Sequence record: KT895374.1
Reading direction: 5' to 3' (one strand)
Length of the DNA: 64,000 nt
This document shows, piece after piece, positions 29,462 to 38,411 of this stretch. The translations under genes were made by a program, and so were the position numbers. The notes beneath the pieces are model-generated. The model made no database searches and was not told the origin of the DNA. It saw only the letters and a program-made list of their open reading frames with translations. The stretch's first letter is position 1; each line of letters begins with the position of its first letter.

Positions 29462-30078
29462 TTATGAATGATGATGCTAAAGTAGAAAGACTAGTTAATA
29501 GTGTTAAAGATCAGGGATGGATAGTTGCCCCTTTGTTTTACAATCTATCCGAGGAATTTATTGAAAAAAATAAAGACAAATTGGATTGGAAATCAGTATG
29601 TCAATATCAAAGGTTATCAGAGTCCTTTATAGAAAATCATTTAGAATATATTGTGTGGGATTTGATAGTTAAGTACCAAAATTTATCAGAATCTTTTATG
29701 GAAAAGTATGCAAGTTTTTTAAATTGGGAATACGTTGTTAAATATCAAACGATATCAGAATCTTTTATGGAAAAAAATCGTCACATGTTAGATTGGGATG
29801 ATATTGTTCGTTATTGTGATTTATCAGAAAAATTTATGAGTCGAAATAGTAATGAATTTGACTGGGATTTAATTGTTAGACACCAAAATCTTTCAGAACT
29901 CTTTATGGAAAATAATTCCGAATTGATTGATTGGAGCTTAGTTGGTAGATGTCAAGAGATATCAGAAGAGTTCATAATTAAAAATATTGAAAAATTAGAT
30001 ATTGATTCATTAGAATCAAATTACAATGCTGTTATAACAGAAAAAATAGAAACTATATTCAAACTTAAAGATTTATAA
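29458..30078 (+). CDS. 23-aa Trp-repeat protein (ends TIFKLKDL)
   Basis: W..IV+YQ.LSE.FME repeats. Confidence 0.8.
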   Translation: MIMNDDAKVERLVNSVKDQGWIVAPLFYNLSEEFIEKNKDKLDWKSVCQYQRLSESFIENHLEYIVWDLIVKYQNLSESFMEKYASFLNWEYVVKYQTISESFMEKNRHMLDWDDIVRYCDLSEKFMSRNSNEFDWDLIVRHQNLSELFMENNSELIDWSLVGRCQEISEEFIIKNIEKLDIDSLESNYNAVITEKIETIFKLKDL

Positions 30079-30106
30079 AATAGGTCTTACCAGATCTATT
30101 TTTTTT
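30078..30106 (+). terminator. intrinsic terminator closing the Trp-repeat array
   Basis: AAATAGGTCT-tacc-AGATCTATTT plus T-run. Confidence 0.75.
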
Positions 30107-30109
30107 CTC

Positions 30110-30121
30110 AACAATCTATTA
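30110..30121 (+). promoter_or_regulatory. putative late promoter AACA-ATCTAT-TA
   Basis: matches AR9 nvRNAP late consensus AACA-N6-T(A/G); directly after terminator. Confidence 0.6.
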
Positions 30122-30137
30122 TTAAATCAGATAGAAA

Positions 30138-31313
30138 GTGTGTTTATTAATGGAAAATAAAATATTAGTTAGTAACTTAGAGATTCCTTTCAGACATTTT
30201 ACTAAAGAACCAATAAAAGAAAAAAAGCTTTCTACACACATTAAGAATTTTGTAGACAAGAATAATAATTCATTATTAGCGAGTACTCCAGTTGATCGAC
30301 TTTATTTTACCGATGATGATAAAGAAATCGTTTTTAAATTAACTGAAGTAGATAAAAAGGATATTAAAGATATTATTAAAAAAACCCCACATATTAAATC
30401 ATCTTGGGAAATTGTAAATGATCCTTTTAATATTGCAACAATTATGTTGGTTCGAGAATATTCAATTCAAAAAAATAAAGAAATGTTACATTTGACATTA
30501 CTTTATTTTACTTTATCACGCTACAGTTCTCTTCATTATAAGTATTATAAAAAATTCTTACCAAATAAAAATATAATGGCACATACACTTAATAACTTAA
30601 ATAATAAGTTTTTATTTAAGAAATATGGTGTTATCATTAAGGCTCTCGAACATACTATGTTAAAAAATCATGAGAGCTATGAAAAAATGCTTATTAGGGG
30701 TAATGACGATGATATTGTTAATTATCTAATGTATTTAGCTTCTAGACTTAATAACTTAATGAAGAACTTTTATAATGAATATGATAAGAGTTATAAGAAT
30801 AAGAGTTATTTAAATACTGAAAAAGATAGTAATGATGAAGATAATTATTATGAAGCTGATAATGTTTCTCTTATGATCAGTAGAACCACAACTGATGTTG
30901 TTAATAAATTTTATTCTGGATCTATTGATAATAAATTACTAAGATTTTCTGCCAAATTCAATGATGCTAGCCCAATTACACTAGAAAGAGCTATCCATAG
31001 TATTAGGAAAAATGAAAAAAATAAATTAAATGAATTGGTTCAGACTATTCTTCAAACTTACCTATTAGATGGGAAAAATAGTTTTGAAAGTATTAGTTCA
31101 AGAAAATTTACTATCTATTGTATATCTATTTATTCTAAGAGTAATACTAAAGATCCTAATATCATTAAGATTAAAAAACTTCTTGATTATTTCTTAAAAA
31201 ATAATAGTGATAAATATAGTGATACAGAAAGAGAAGCAACTCGAATTAATTATAGAAAAGCATTTTATTTTTATATTGTATTACTTATTCAAAGTTCTCA
31301 AGTAAAGAAGTAA
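30138..31313 (+). CDS. helical hypothetical protein (late)
   Basis: 391-aa ORF behind late motif; no recognised domain. Confidence 0.65.
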   Translation: MCLLMENKILVSNLEIPFRHFTKEPIKEKKLSTHIKNFVDKNNNSLLASTPVDRLYFTDDDKEIVFKLTEVDKKDIKDIIKKTPHIKSSWEIVNDPFNIATIMLVREYSIQKNKEMLHLTLLYFTLSRYSSLHYKYYKKFLPNKNIMAHTLNNLNNKFLFKKYGVIIKALEHTMLKNHESYEKMLIRGNDDDIVNYLMYLASRLNNLMKNFYNEYDKSYKNKSYLNTEKDSNDEDNYYEADNVSLMISRTTTDVVNKFYSGSIDNKLLRFSAKFNDASPITLERAIHSIRKNEKNKLNELVQTILQTYLLDGKNSFESISSRKFTIYCISIYSKSNTKDPNIIKIKKLLDYFLKNNSDKYSDTEREATRINYRKAFYFYIVLLIQSSQVKK

Positions 31314-31327
31314 TTTCTTTACTTGAG

Positions 31328-31339
31328 AACATTATATTA
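31328..31339 (+). promoter_or_regulatory. putative late promoter AACA-TTATAT-TA
   Basis: follows hairpin at ~31300-31324; heads the 31.4-39.5 kb operon. Confidence 0.6.
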
Positions 31340-31366
31340 AAATTATATAATTTGAGAGGTGATTAA

Positions 31367-31720
31367 ATGTCAAACAGTACTGTAAAAGGCTGGGAAGATA
31401 AAATTAATTGGGAGGACAGATCTTCCCTAGATGACAATAATGCTTCTTCTATTACAGTTGCGCCTGAAGAACCAGTAAAAATAGTTAAAGATAGTGAAAC
31501 AGGACTTGTAAAGAAATTTATCTTTGGTAACATGAAACGTATTGAAGAAGGAGAAGCTGCAGTTTTATGGTCTCAAGAACTAATTCGAGATGAAAATAAT
31601 GCAGTAACAGGAATTCTTACAACTAGAGCTAATGGTGTTCAAACTCTAGAAAAATTTATAAGAGAGAATGGAGAATTCATAGGAACTGAACTTGAGTACC
31701 TTGAGGGAGGAGGAAGTTAA
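31367..31720 (+). CDS. hypothetical late protein
   Basis: 117 aa, GAGAGG SD. Confidence 0.6.
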   Translation: MSNSTVKGWEDKINWEDRSSLDDNNASSITVAPEEPVKIVKDSETGLVKKFIFGNMKRIEEGEAAVLWSQELIRDENNAVTGILTTRANGVQTLEKFIRENGEFIGTELEYLEGGGS

Positions 31721-32415
31721 TGTCAATAGCTAGTTATATTATTAACTTTGATGAACTTGCTCAATATATAACAAAGAGTATAAATGAATCTGATATCCAA
31801 TTGACTGTGGGGGATGTAACACTAGACTCTTCTTCCATATCTATTAACACTGACAAAATAGATGAGATCTTAAAATCTATGAGTACTAAGTTAAACAGGG
31901 TTTCAGATAATACTTTACTTATAAATGATACTGTAAAAAATATTATTGAAAATATCACTATAAGTTCTACAAACAGAGATGCTTATTTAAAGGAATTAGA
32001 TCAAAAATTATCTAGTATCATAACTAATTCATTAGATATATATAATCTAGTAAAGAAAATAAATGATAAATTATTATCAAACGATGGTTTTCAAACTACT
32101 GTAGGTAATATCTTAGAAGTTCCTTCTTCTGATGGAAAATTTACCAAGAGAATTAAATTTGATAAGGATTATTCATTAGCAGGGGTTTCCATTTCACAGT
32201 CAGCATGGAATAATGGAGACTATTGGTTGTTGAAAATTGGAGACATTACTATATTTAATAATATTTATACAAAACTTCAAGGTGAATATAAGAAATTATA
32301 TAATACTATTCCAGTGCCAAAAGGTAGTGAAATAGTATTAGAATATAATAATCCAAGTGGAAATAGTAAGAGTGTCTGGTTTGACTATGAACTTTTAGAA
32401 ATAAAGGCTGATTAG
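31720..32415 (+). CDS. putative virion protein, paralog trio A
   Basis: MSIASYIINFDEL N-terminus; beta-rich C-terminal domain ending VWFDYE. Confidence 0.6.
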   Translation: MSIASYIINFDELAQYITKSINESDIQLTVGDVTLDSSSISINTDKIDEILKSMSTKLNRVSDNTLLINDTVKNIIENITISSTNRDAYLKELDQKLSSIITNSLDIYNLVKKINDKLLSNDGFQTTVGNILEVPSSDGKFTKRIKFDKDYSLAGVSISQSAWNNGDYWLLKIGDITIFNNIYTKLQGEYKKLYNTIPVPKGSEIVLEYNNPSGNSKSVWFDYELLEIKAD

Positions 32416-32416
32416 T

Positions 32417-33091
32417 ATGACAATAAGAAAAGTAATTAATTATCAAGAGTCTGCTGAATTTATCAGACAAGGTATTAATGATTCTAGATTTAAGATTAAA
32501 TTAGATGAGATTACATTTGATATTACTGATGTTACCTTAAATCCTATAAATACTAATAATATTTTACAAGAAATTATTGATAAAAATAAAAATTTTAATG
32601 AAAATCTTGAATTATTAAAAATTAATTTAGATGATTTTAATTTTGATATATTTAATTTAGATGATTTATCAATTAAAAAGAGTTTAGAAAATTTATTAAA
32701 GATTGAAAAAGATACTAATAATCTACTAGATGATATTGCTAAAATAGATAACAAAGAAGGTCTCAGCTTTATAAAAGGATGTCAATATTTAGTACCTCCT
32801 ACTCAAGATGATCATATTTTTATTGAAAAAATAGATGATAACATAGAAATAAATGGATTAACTTTTTCTGAAATAGGATGGAAACATAATGATTCTTTTA
32901 GTTTAGTAGTTAATAATAGAGCTTATTTAGATAATATTTTTACTAAAGAGATAAATGAGTATCGGAAATTTAATAAGACTATAAAATTGTCAAAAAATAG
33001 CCCGATAAAATTTATCTTTCATAATAATAGTGGTAATTACCATCAGATTTGGGTTGATTATGAGTATACTATTATTGAAAGGAATGAATAA
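32417..33091 (+). CDS. putative virion protein, paralog trio A
   Basis: similar layout ending IWVDYE. Confidence 0.6.
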   Translation: MTIRKVINYQESAEFIRQGINDSRFKIKLDEITFDITDVTLNPINTNNILQEIIDKNKNFNENLELLKINLDDFNFDIFNLDDLSIKKSLENLLKIEKDTNNLLDDIAKIDNKEGLSFIKGCQYLVPPTQDDHIFIEKIDDNIEINGLTFSEIGWKHNDSFSLVVNNRAYLDNIFTKEINEYRKFNKTIKLSKNSPIKFIFHNNSGNYHQIWVDYEYTIIERNE

Positions 33092-33093
33092 TA

Positions 33094-33783
33094 GTGTCCT
33101 TAGCTTCTTATATTATAGATAGAGAAGAACTTTATAATATTATACAAACAGTTATTTCTGAATCATCTATAAAAGCTGATCTAGTTGGAATTCAAGCCCC
33201 AGAAGCTACTATTGATGTGAATCTAGATAGTTTTGATGGAAATATAGAAGAAATTGATAGCTTAATAAGTTATCAATCTAGTACATTTAATGATATTTAT
33301 GGTATAGTTAATTCTATATTGAGTAAATATGTAACATTTACTAGTGATAGAGAAAAATATATTTATGATATTACAAAATTAATCATAAATATTGGAAATG
33401 AGAGAAAAAAGACTAAAGAAATCTTAGAAAAATTAGCATCAAAAGAAAATATTGATAATAATTTATTTAAGGTTAGAGGATATTCTAGGGAAATACCTGA
33501 TAGTGATGGTAAATTTTTTATTAGTGTTCCTTTTAGTAGAGAATGTCTAATCAAATCTATAACTGTATATCAGACAGATTACAACTATAATGATTATTGG
33601 GATTTTACTGTTGATAATAAAAAAATAATGTCTAATATATCTTCAAAATATTCAATTGATACTAAAAGAATTAATGGTCAATTAAAAGTTGATTCTACCA
33701 CGACTAACAATATAGTTTTTTATAATATGAGTAAAAAAAAGAAAACTATATATTATGATATAAATTATTTAGAATTAAATTAG
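33094..33783 (+). CDS. putative virion protein, paralog trio A
   Basis: MSLASYIIDREEL N-terminus; EIPDSDGKF matches EVPSSDGKF of 31720 gene. Confidence 0.6.
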   Translation: MSLASYIIDREELYNIIQTVISESSIKADLVGIQAPEATIDVNLDSFDGNIEEIDSLISYQSSTFNDIYGIVNSILSKYVTFTSDREKYIYDITKLIINIGNERKKTKEILEKLASKENIDNNLFKVRGYSREIPDSDGKFFISVPFSRECLIKSITVYQTDYNYNDYWDFTVDNKKIMSNISSKYSIDTKRINGQLKVDSTTTNNIVFYNMSKKKKTIYYDINYLELN

Positions 33784-33817
33784 GGAAAGGGGGAAGCTGT
33801 TTAACAGCGTCCTTAAT

Positions 33818-34837
33818 ATGGCTACAGTAGATTATAATTTACGAGATAATGATAAGTTTTATTATGTAGAAGGTTCTACAACCGTTAATAATATGATTTC
33901 AACAATTGCTAAAGAATTAACAGTTAATCCACCAACGACTTATCGTTGGAAATTAGAATTTCCTGCAAATGCAGATGATATTGAGAATAAGATTATTCTT
34001 TCAACAATTACTACTTTTAATAAAAAATTTTATTTACAGGTAGCAAGAGGTAAGGCAGACGCAAACAATGTTTTACCTATTACTTATGTAAATATGAATA
34101 TTGGCACTTCTTTAAATGAGACTAAGGATGGTCTAGTTGAAGGGGAAGTTTCTCCAACTACTAAATTGTCTTGGTATAAAGAAAGTATCGATTCAAGCAT
34201 TAAAGGTTGGCTTCCAGTATCATATTGGATCAATGTGACTAAAGATGCAGTCAATATGGTATTCCGTGGAGATCCTTCAGCAGATAATAACCCTTATACA
34301 AAGTTCTTAATTAGTTATGCATATATTGGTAGTCTATCTAAACTAGATAGTGAACAGGAAGATGATGTTGATTACAACTTTGGTATTACTACATCTTCTT
34401 CAACTGAACCAGAATATACTAATATGTATGGACCAAGAACAGGTACAGGTGTTACTGATTTCTGTATGATTGCTAATAGAATTGGTTTACCGTATCAGCC
34501 ACATTATACTGGTTTCTACTCGACTAACCCATTTATGGATAAGTTCAATATTGAAGGTTCTAGATGGAATCACTCTAAGCACCAGTTTGATAAGGTTACT
34601 ATTGTTCATCCAGTCGATATGGAACGTGGTTATCTTCAAAACGTATTATCAGGTGATGGATCAGCTCTTGATGATAACTCTAAATTAGTATATAAAGAAA
34701 AGACTAAAGAACAACAAATGTATAAAAAATTCCAAATTACTGCACCATTTAGCTTGATTAATAACTCTGCAAACGTTAAGCATTGTGTTGCAATCCGTTG
34801 TTATAATCCAGATGAGGTAATTAAAGTAGAAGAATAA
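33818..34837 (+). CDS. putative virion structural protein
   Basis: 339 aa, G/T/P/Y-rich beta-type composition, in late operon. Confidence 0.5.
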   Translation: MATVDYNLRDNDKFYYVEGSTTVNNMISTIAKELTVNPPTTYRWKLEFPANADDIENKIILSTITTFNKKFYLQVARGKADANNVLPITYVNMNIGTSLNETKDGLVEGEVSPTTKLSWYKESIDSSIKGWLPVSYWINVTKDAVNMVFRGDPSADNNPYTKFLISYAYIGSLSKLDSEQEDDVDYNFGITTSSSTEPEYTNMYGPRTGTGVTDFCMIANRIGLPYQPHYTGFYSTNPFMDKFNIEGSRWNHSKHQFDKVTIVHPVDMERGYLQNVLSGDGSALDDNSKLVYKEKTKEQQMYKKFQITAPFSLINNSANVKHCVAIRCYNPDEVIKVEE

Positions 34838-34851
34838 GAAGGTGTGTTGAT

Positions 34852-37116
34852 ATGTTCATTCAACGACTGTCTTATAGAACAGGTATTCCTTTTTTTAGCC
34901 ATGAGTTTTATTATACAGTTAGTTATTATCTAACAAAATCCTCATCAGTCTTTTTAAAGATTGATGAGGAAAATAAAACTTTAGTTCAAAAAGATGATCA
35001 AGTTCTTAAGAAACTTTATAAAGATTATAAAATTGATAGAAACAATTTTTTAAAACTAGAAAAAATCTATGATATGATTACTATAAATAAAAATAAAAAA
35101 GTAGAGAATTATGATTACTGGGAGATTCATAAGTCTCAAACTAAAATCAATTTAAATACTCTTAAGGATAAGATATTTGAGATTGATAATGGAAAATTAT
35201 TAGAAAAACCTTTAATAAAATTTAGTATTGATGGATTAAGTAAAGATCTATCTGATATTTTTTTTCCTGTAATTAATATAGATGATAATTTAATACTTGA
35301 AACTGAGAAAATAAAAAGTTTTGATATAGATGGTAGTTTAATACTATCTAATAATAAAATAAAAACTATTAAAGAACCTAATAGTAATAAGATACTAAGT
35401 TTTAAAGAATTGATTTTAATAGATAAAAGAAATAAAACTGAACTTGATCTAGATGCCTCAAAATTATATAGTAATATACGATCATATAAAAGTTATGATC
35501 ATTTAAAAAGCATGGATACTCCTAAAATTGATAAAAACAAAAATCCATATTTTAATAATTTAATTAGTACTAGAGGAAATCTAATTAAGAATCCAATAAT
35601 ATATATGGATAATAATACATTGAAAGATATATATTTAACAAATAAAATTAACCACTATGAATTTAAGGAAAAAATAGAGAAAATTTCAAAAGAATATGAT
35701 AGATATTTATTGGATAGACAAATAAATAGGAGAGATATAGAGATTCTAGATAGTTTAAATTTGCTTGATAATAAAAGTTTTAAAAATATTAGTATTCATG
35801 ATAACGATAATGCAGTATTTAATAAAACATTAAAAGATATTGATATTTTAAGCCATGAATATTTCTTAAATTATATAAAATTTTTTGATGTAGAAGTTAA
35901 AAAACATACTGACTTTTTATCTAAGATATTAAAGGGTAATATAGACCTATATAAAAAAGGTTTACTGTTAGATAATGTTGGTATTTTAAAGTCTTTAGGA
36001 GATTTTAAAGTTTATAAAAAACTTATTAACTCTAATATCAATAAATTTAATTATAATGATTCGAATTTCTTTGTTCGTAAATCTATCTTAAATGAATTAT
36101 CTATAAAAGAAAAAAATATTAAGATAAATAAAATTCTAACTAATCCTATTAGTAAATCTTCCAATAAATTTTTACATGAAGAAATTGCTAAATTAAATGT
36201 TAATAAAAATAATAATTTATTAAGTTTAGAATTAAGAGGTAATCTTTTAATATCTGATAAAAAATTCTATTTAGGGAATAATCCATTTAATAAATTAGAA
36301 AATATTCATGATAATAGAATTTTAGATATATACGATGATTATAAATTAATAAATGATCTTCCAAATAAATTCAACCTAAATTATTATATATTAGACAGTA
36401 TTAGTAATTTAGATAATAGGAAATCACTAAGTATTAACGGCGATAAAAAAATATCAATGAAAAATAGTACAGATTTCCTAAAGATATATAAAAAATGGTG
36501 GTTTCTAAAGAGTTTAGGGTTAAAAGATAATATAAATATACCTTTTATAGATTATCCATATGAAACTAATCCCGTAATGGGAATTGGTAAACATCCAATT
36601 CAAGAATTTAAAGACGTTGGATTTGAAGATATTGAAGTTAGTTTAGAGATTGTAATAGAGATGATAAATCTTGTTCTTCATTTCTGGCATAAGTCCTATA
36701 ATGAAATTAATAGAGGTTTAGGTGACGAAATATCTCAAGGATTAATGAGAGTTCTATATCAATGGTTTAATCTTGAAACCTCTCAAGAAGAGATAGAAGA
36801 AAAAGAAAGTAAAGAAGAATATGAGAGAGTAATTCAGTGGATTAGATGGGAAACTGAAAAAATTTATTTTCTATATAAAAAGGATGTAGAAAACAAATTA
36901 ATATTTAATGGTAACTATTATATGGAAATTTTAGTTAAAAATTTAACACACTTTATAGAAGATCACTATTACATGATTATCCCTAAATATAAATCTCTAT
37001 TAAAGATGGATAGTATGAGAGCTATTATGGGTGATGATCCACAAGGGGATATTGTCAAAGATAACCCTGATAAGATTAAAGGTAATAGAGATTATACCTT
37101 AGAAAGTGGAATTTGA
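34852..37116 (+). CDS. large protein with degenerate ~16-17-aa N/K/I/L repeats, putative virion protein
   Basis: 754 aa; central low-complexity repeats, helical C-terminal domain. Confidence 0.55.
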   Translation: MFIQRLSYRTGIPFFSHEFYYTVSYYLTKSSSVFLKIDEENKTLVQKDDQVLKKLYKDYKIDRNNFLKLEKIYDMITINKNKKVENYDYWEIHKSQTKINLNTLKDKIFEIDNGKLLEKPLIKFSIDGLSKDLSDIFFPVINIDDNLILETEKIKSFDIDGSLILSNNKIKTIKEPNSNKILSFKELILIDKRNKTELDLDASKLYSNIRSYKSYDHLKSMDTPKIDKNKNPYFNNLISTRGNLIKNPIIYMDNNTLKDIYLTNKINHYEFKEKIEKISKEYDRYLLDRQINRRDIEILDSLNLLDNKSFKNISIHDNDNAVFNKTLKDIDILSHEYFLNYIKFFDVEVKKHTDFLSKILKGNIDLYKKGLLLDNVGILKSLGDFKVYKKLINSNINKFNYNDSNFFVRKSILNELSIKEKNIKINKILTNPISKSSNKFLHEEIAKLNVNKNNNLLSLELRGNLLISDKKFYLGNNPFNKLENIHDNRILDIYDDYKLINDLPNKFNLNYYILDSISNLDNRKSLSINGDKKISMKNSTDFLKIYKKWWFLKSLGLKDNINIPFIDYPYETNPVMGIGKHPIQEFKDVGFEDIEVSLEIVIEMINLVLHFWHKSYNEINRGLGDEISQGLMRVLYQWFNLETSQEEIEEKESKEEYERVIQWIRWETEKIYFLYKKDVENKLIFNGNYYMEILVKNLTHFIEDHYYMIIPKYKSLLKMDSMRAIMGDDPQGDIVKDNPDKIKGNRDYTLESGI

Positions 37117-37131
37117 GAGGAGATATTTTAA

Positions 37132-37398
37132 ATGGGTATTGAATATAGTTCAATTGAAAGTTCTAAAAGTAGCTTCAAACAACCAAGACAAAAAATATGG
37201 GGAGTTTTTACTCGTCCAAAATCCACTAATGCTGGAGACACTTGGGAGCTAGTTAAAATGTCAAATGATATTGAAGAAGCTAAAGAAGCAGTTAGGGAAT
37301 GGTTAAACAATCCCCCTACAACTCAAGGAGTTAAAACTGGATTAGATAATGTTATTCTATGTGAAATTGCACCAATTTCTAGCAGAATTGAGGTTTAA
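37132..37398 (+). CDS. RQKxWGVF family protein, trio B
   Basis: SSFKQPRQKIWGVF...WEL...GLDNVILCE. Confidence 0.65.
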   Translation: MGIEYSSIESSKSSFKQPRQKIWGVFTRPKSTNAGDTWELVKMSNDIEEAKEAVREWLNNPPTTQGVKTGLDNVILCEIAPISSRIEV

Positions 37399-37403
37399 TT
37401 ATT

Positions 37404-38093
37404 ATGGGTAGATTTGATTCAGTAACTTATAAATCGTTAGCTAATGAAGAAAATAGCTTTAGACACCCTCGTCAAAAGATGTGGGGTGTCTTTCTTATGA
37501 GCGATTATGATGAAAAAGAAGTCGATGAGCCAAATGGTCTTAATTATAATTCAGATACCTCTATTGAAATCAATAAAGCTTTATCTCAAATGTATCCTGA
37601 TAATTTATTATATAATATGCTTTTTGATATTGCTATTGATGATGGAACTGGTGTAGAAAATCTTGATTATTACGGTAAAGGCGGTATTGTACTTGATGGT
37701 TTTAATCCTGAATATGCGCCAGTAGGAAATACTACTCCCGATGGAGATAAAATTAAATCATTTAGTTTTAGAGGTGGTAGCTCAAAAGGTCTAGTTATTG
37801 TTAACGACCGTAAGCTTCCAGATAGCACCTATACAAAGAATTTTAAGACATATAAAGTCTATAAAAAAGAAAGAGTTACAGTAGTTGACAAAGCAAATTT
37901 CTATTATTATTTTAAACTTCTTAAGACTGCTAGTTGGGAATTAATAGAAATTACAAATGATTATAATAAAGCAAAAGAAAAATACAGGGAATGGATTGTA
38001 AGTCCAGATTATAATTCAGGAAGACCAAAAGCAGGTTCAGACAGTATTATTTTAACAGAAATCGTTCCTTCTGATGTAGTGACTGAACTTTAA
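37404..38093 (+). CDS. RQKxWGVF family protein with large internal insertion, trio B
   Basis: same N- and C-terminal blocks separated by ~130-140 extra residues. Confidence 0.65.
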   Translation: MGRFDSVTYKSLANEENSFRHPRQKMWGVFLMSDYDEKEVDEPNGLNYNSDTSIEINKALSQMYPDNLLYNMLFDIAIDDGTGVENLDYYGKGGIVLDGFNPEYAPVGNTTPDGDKIKSFSFRGGSSKGLVIVNDRKLPDSTYTKNFKTYKVYKKERVTVVDKANFYYYFKLLKTASWELIEITNDYNKAKEKYREWIVSPDYNSGRPKAGSDSIILTEIVPSDVVTEL

Positions 38094-38110
38094 GAAATTA
38101 GGTGAATTAA

Positions 38111-38404
38111 ATGATTAAAAAAAGAGATGGAATCCTTTTTAAAGCTTCCTATCTTGGTGGAGAAAGTAGTTTTAAACAACCAAGACAAAAAATATGGGGA
38201 GTCTTTGTGGTAGATATTGAAAAAACTAAAGATACTACAAAAAAATGGAAACTGATTGAAGCTACAAATGATTATGAAAAAGCCAAAACAACATTTAATG
38301 AGTGGCTGAGAGAACCTGAAAGCGATGAACTAAAATTTACAGGCTTAGATAATATTATCTTAACAGAGCTTCTACCTGCAGATATTACAAGTTCTAAATT
38401 CTAA
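38111..38404 (+). CDS. RQKxWGVF family protein, trio B
   Basis: SSFKQPRQKIWGVF...WKL...GLDNIILTE. Confidence 0.65.
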   Translation: MIKKRDGILFKASYLGGESSFKQPRQKIWGVFVVDIEKTKDTTKKWKLIEATNDYEKAKTTFNEWLREPESDELKFTGLDNIILTELLPADITSSKF

Positions 38405-38411
38405 TTTTAAA

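Noticed and set aside
27379-30078. Repeats at ~69-nt spacing as a CRISPR array
   Set aside because: They are codon-degenerate, in-frame protein repeats without unique spacers; no cas genes
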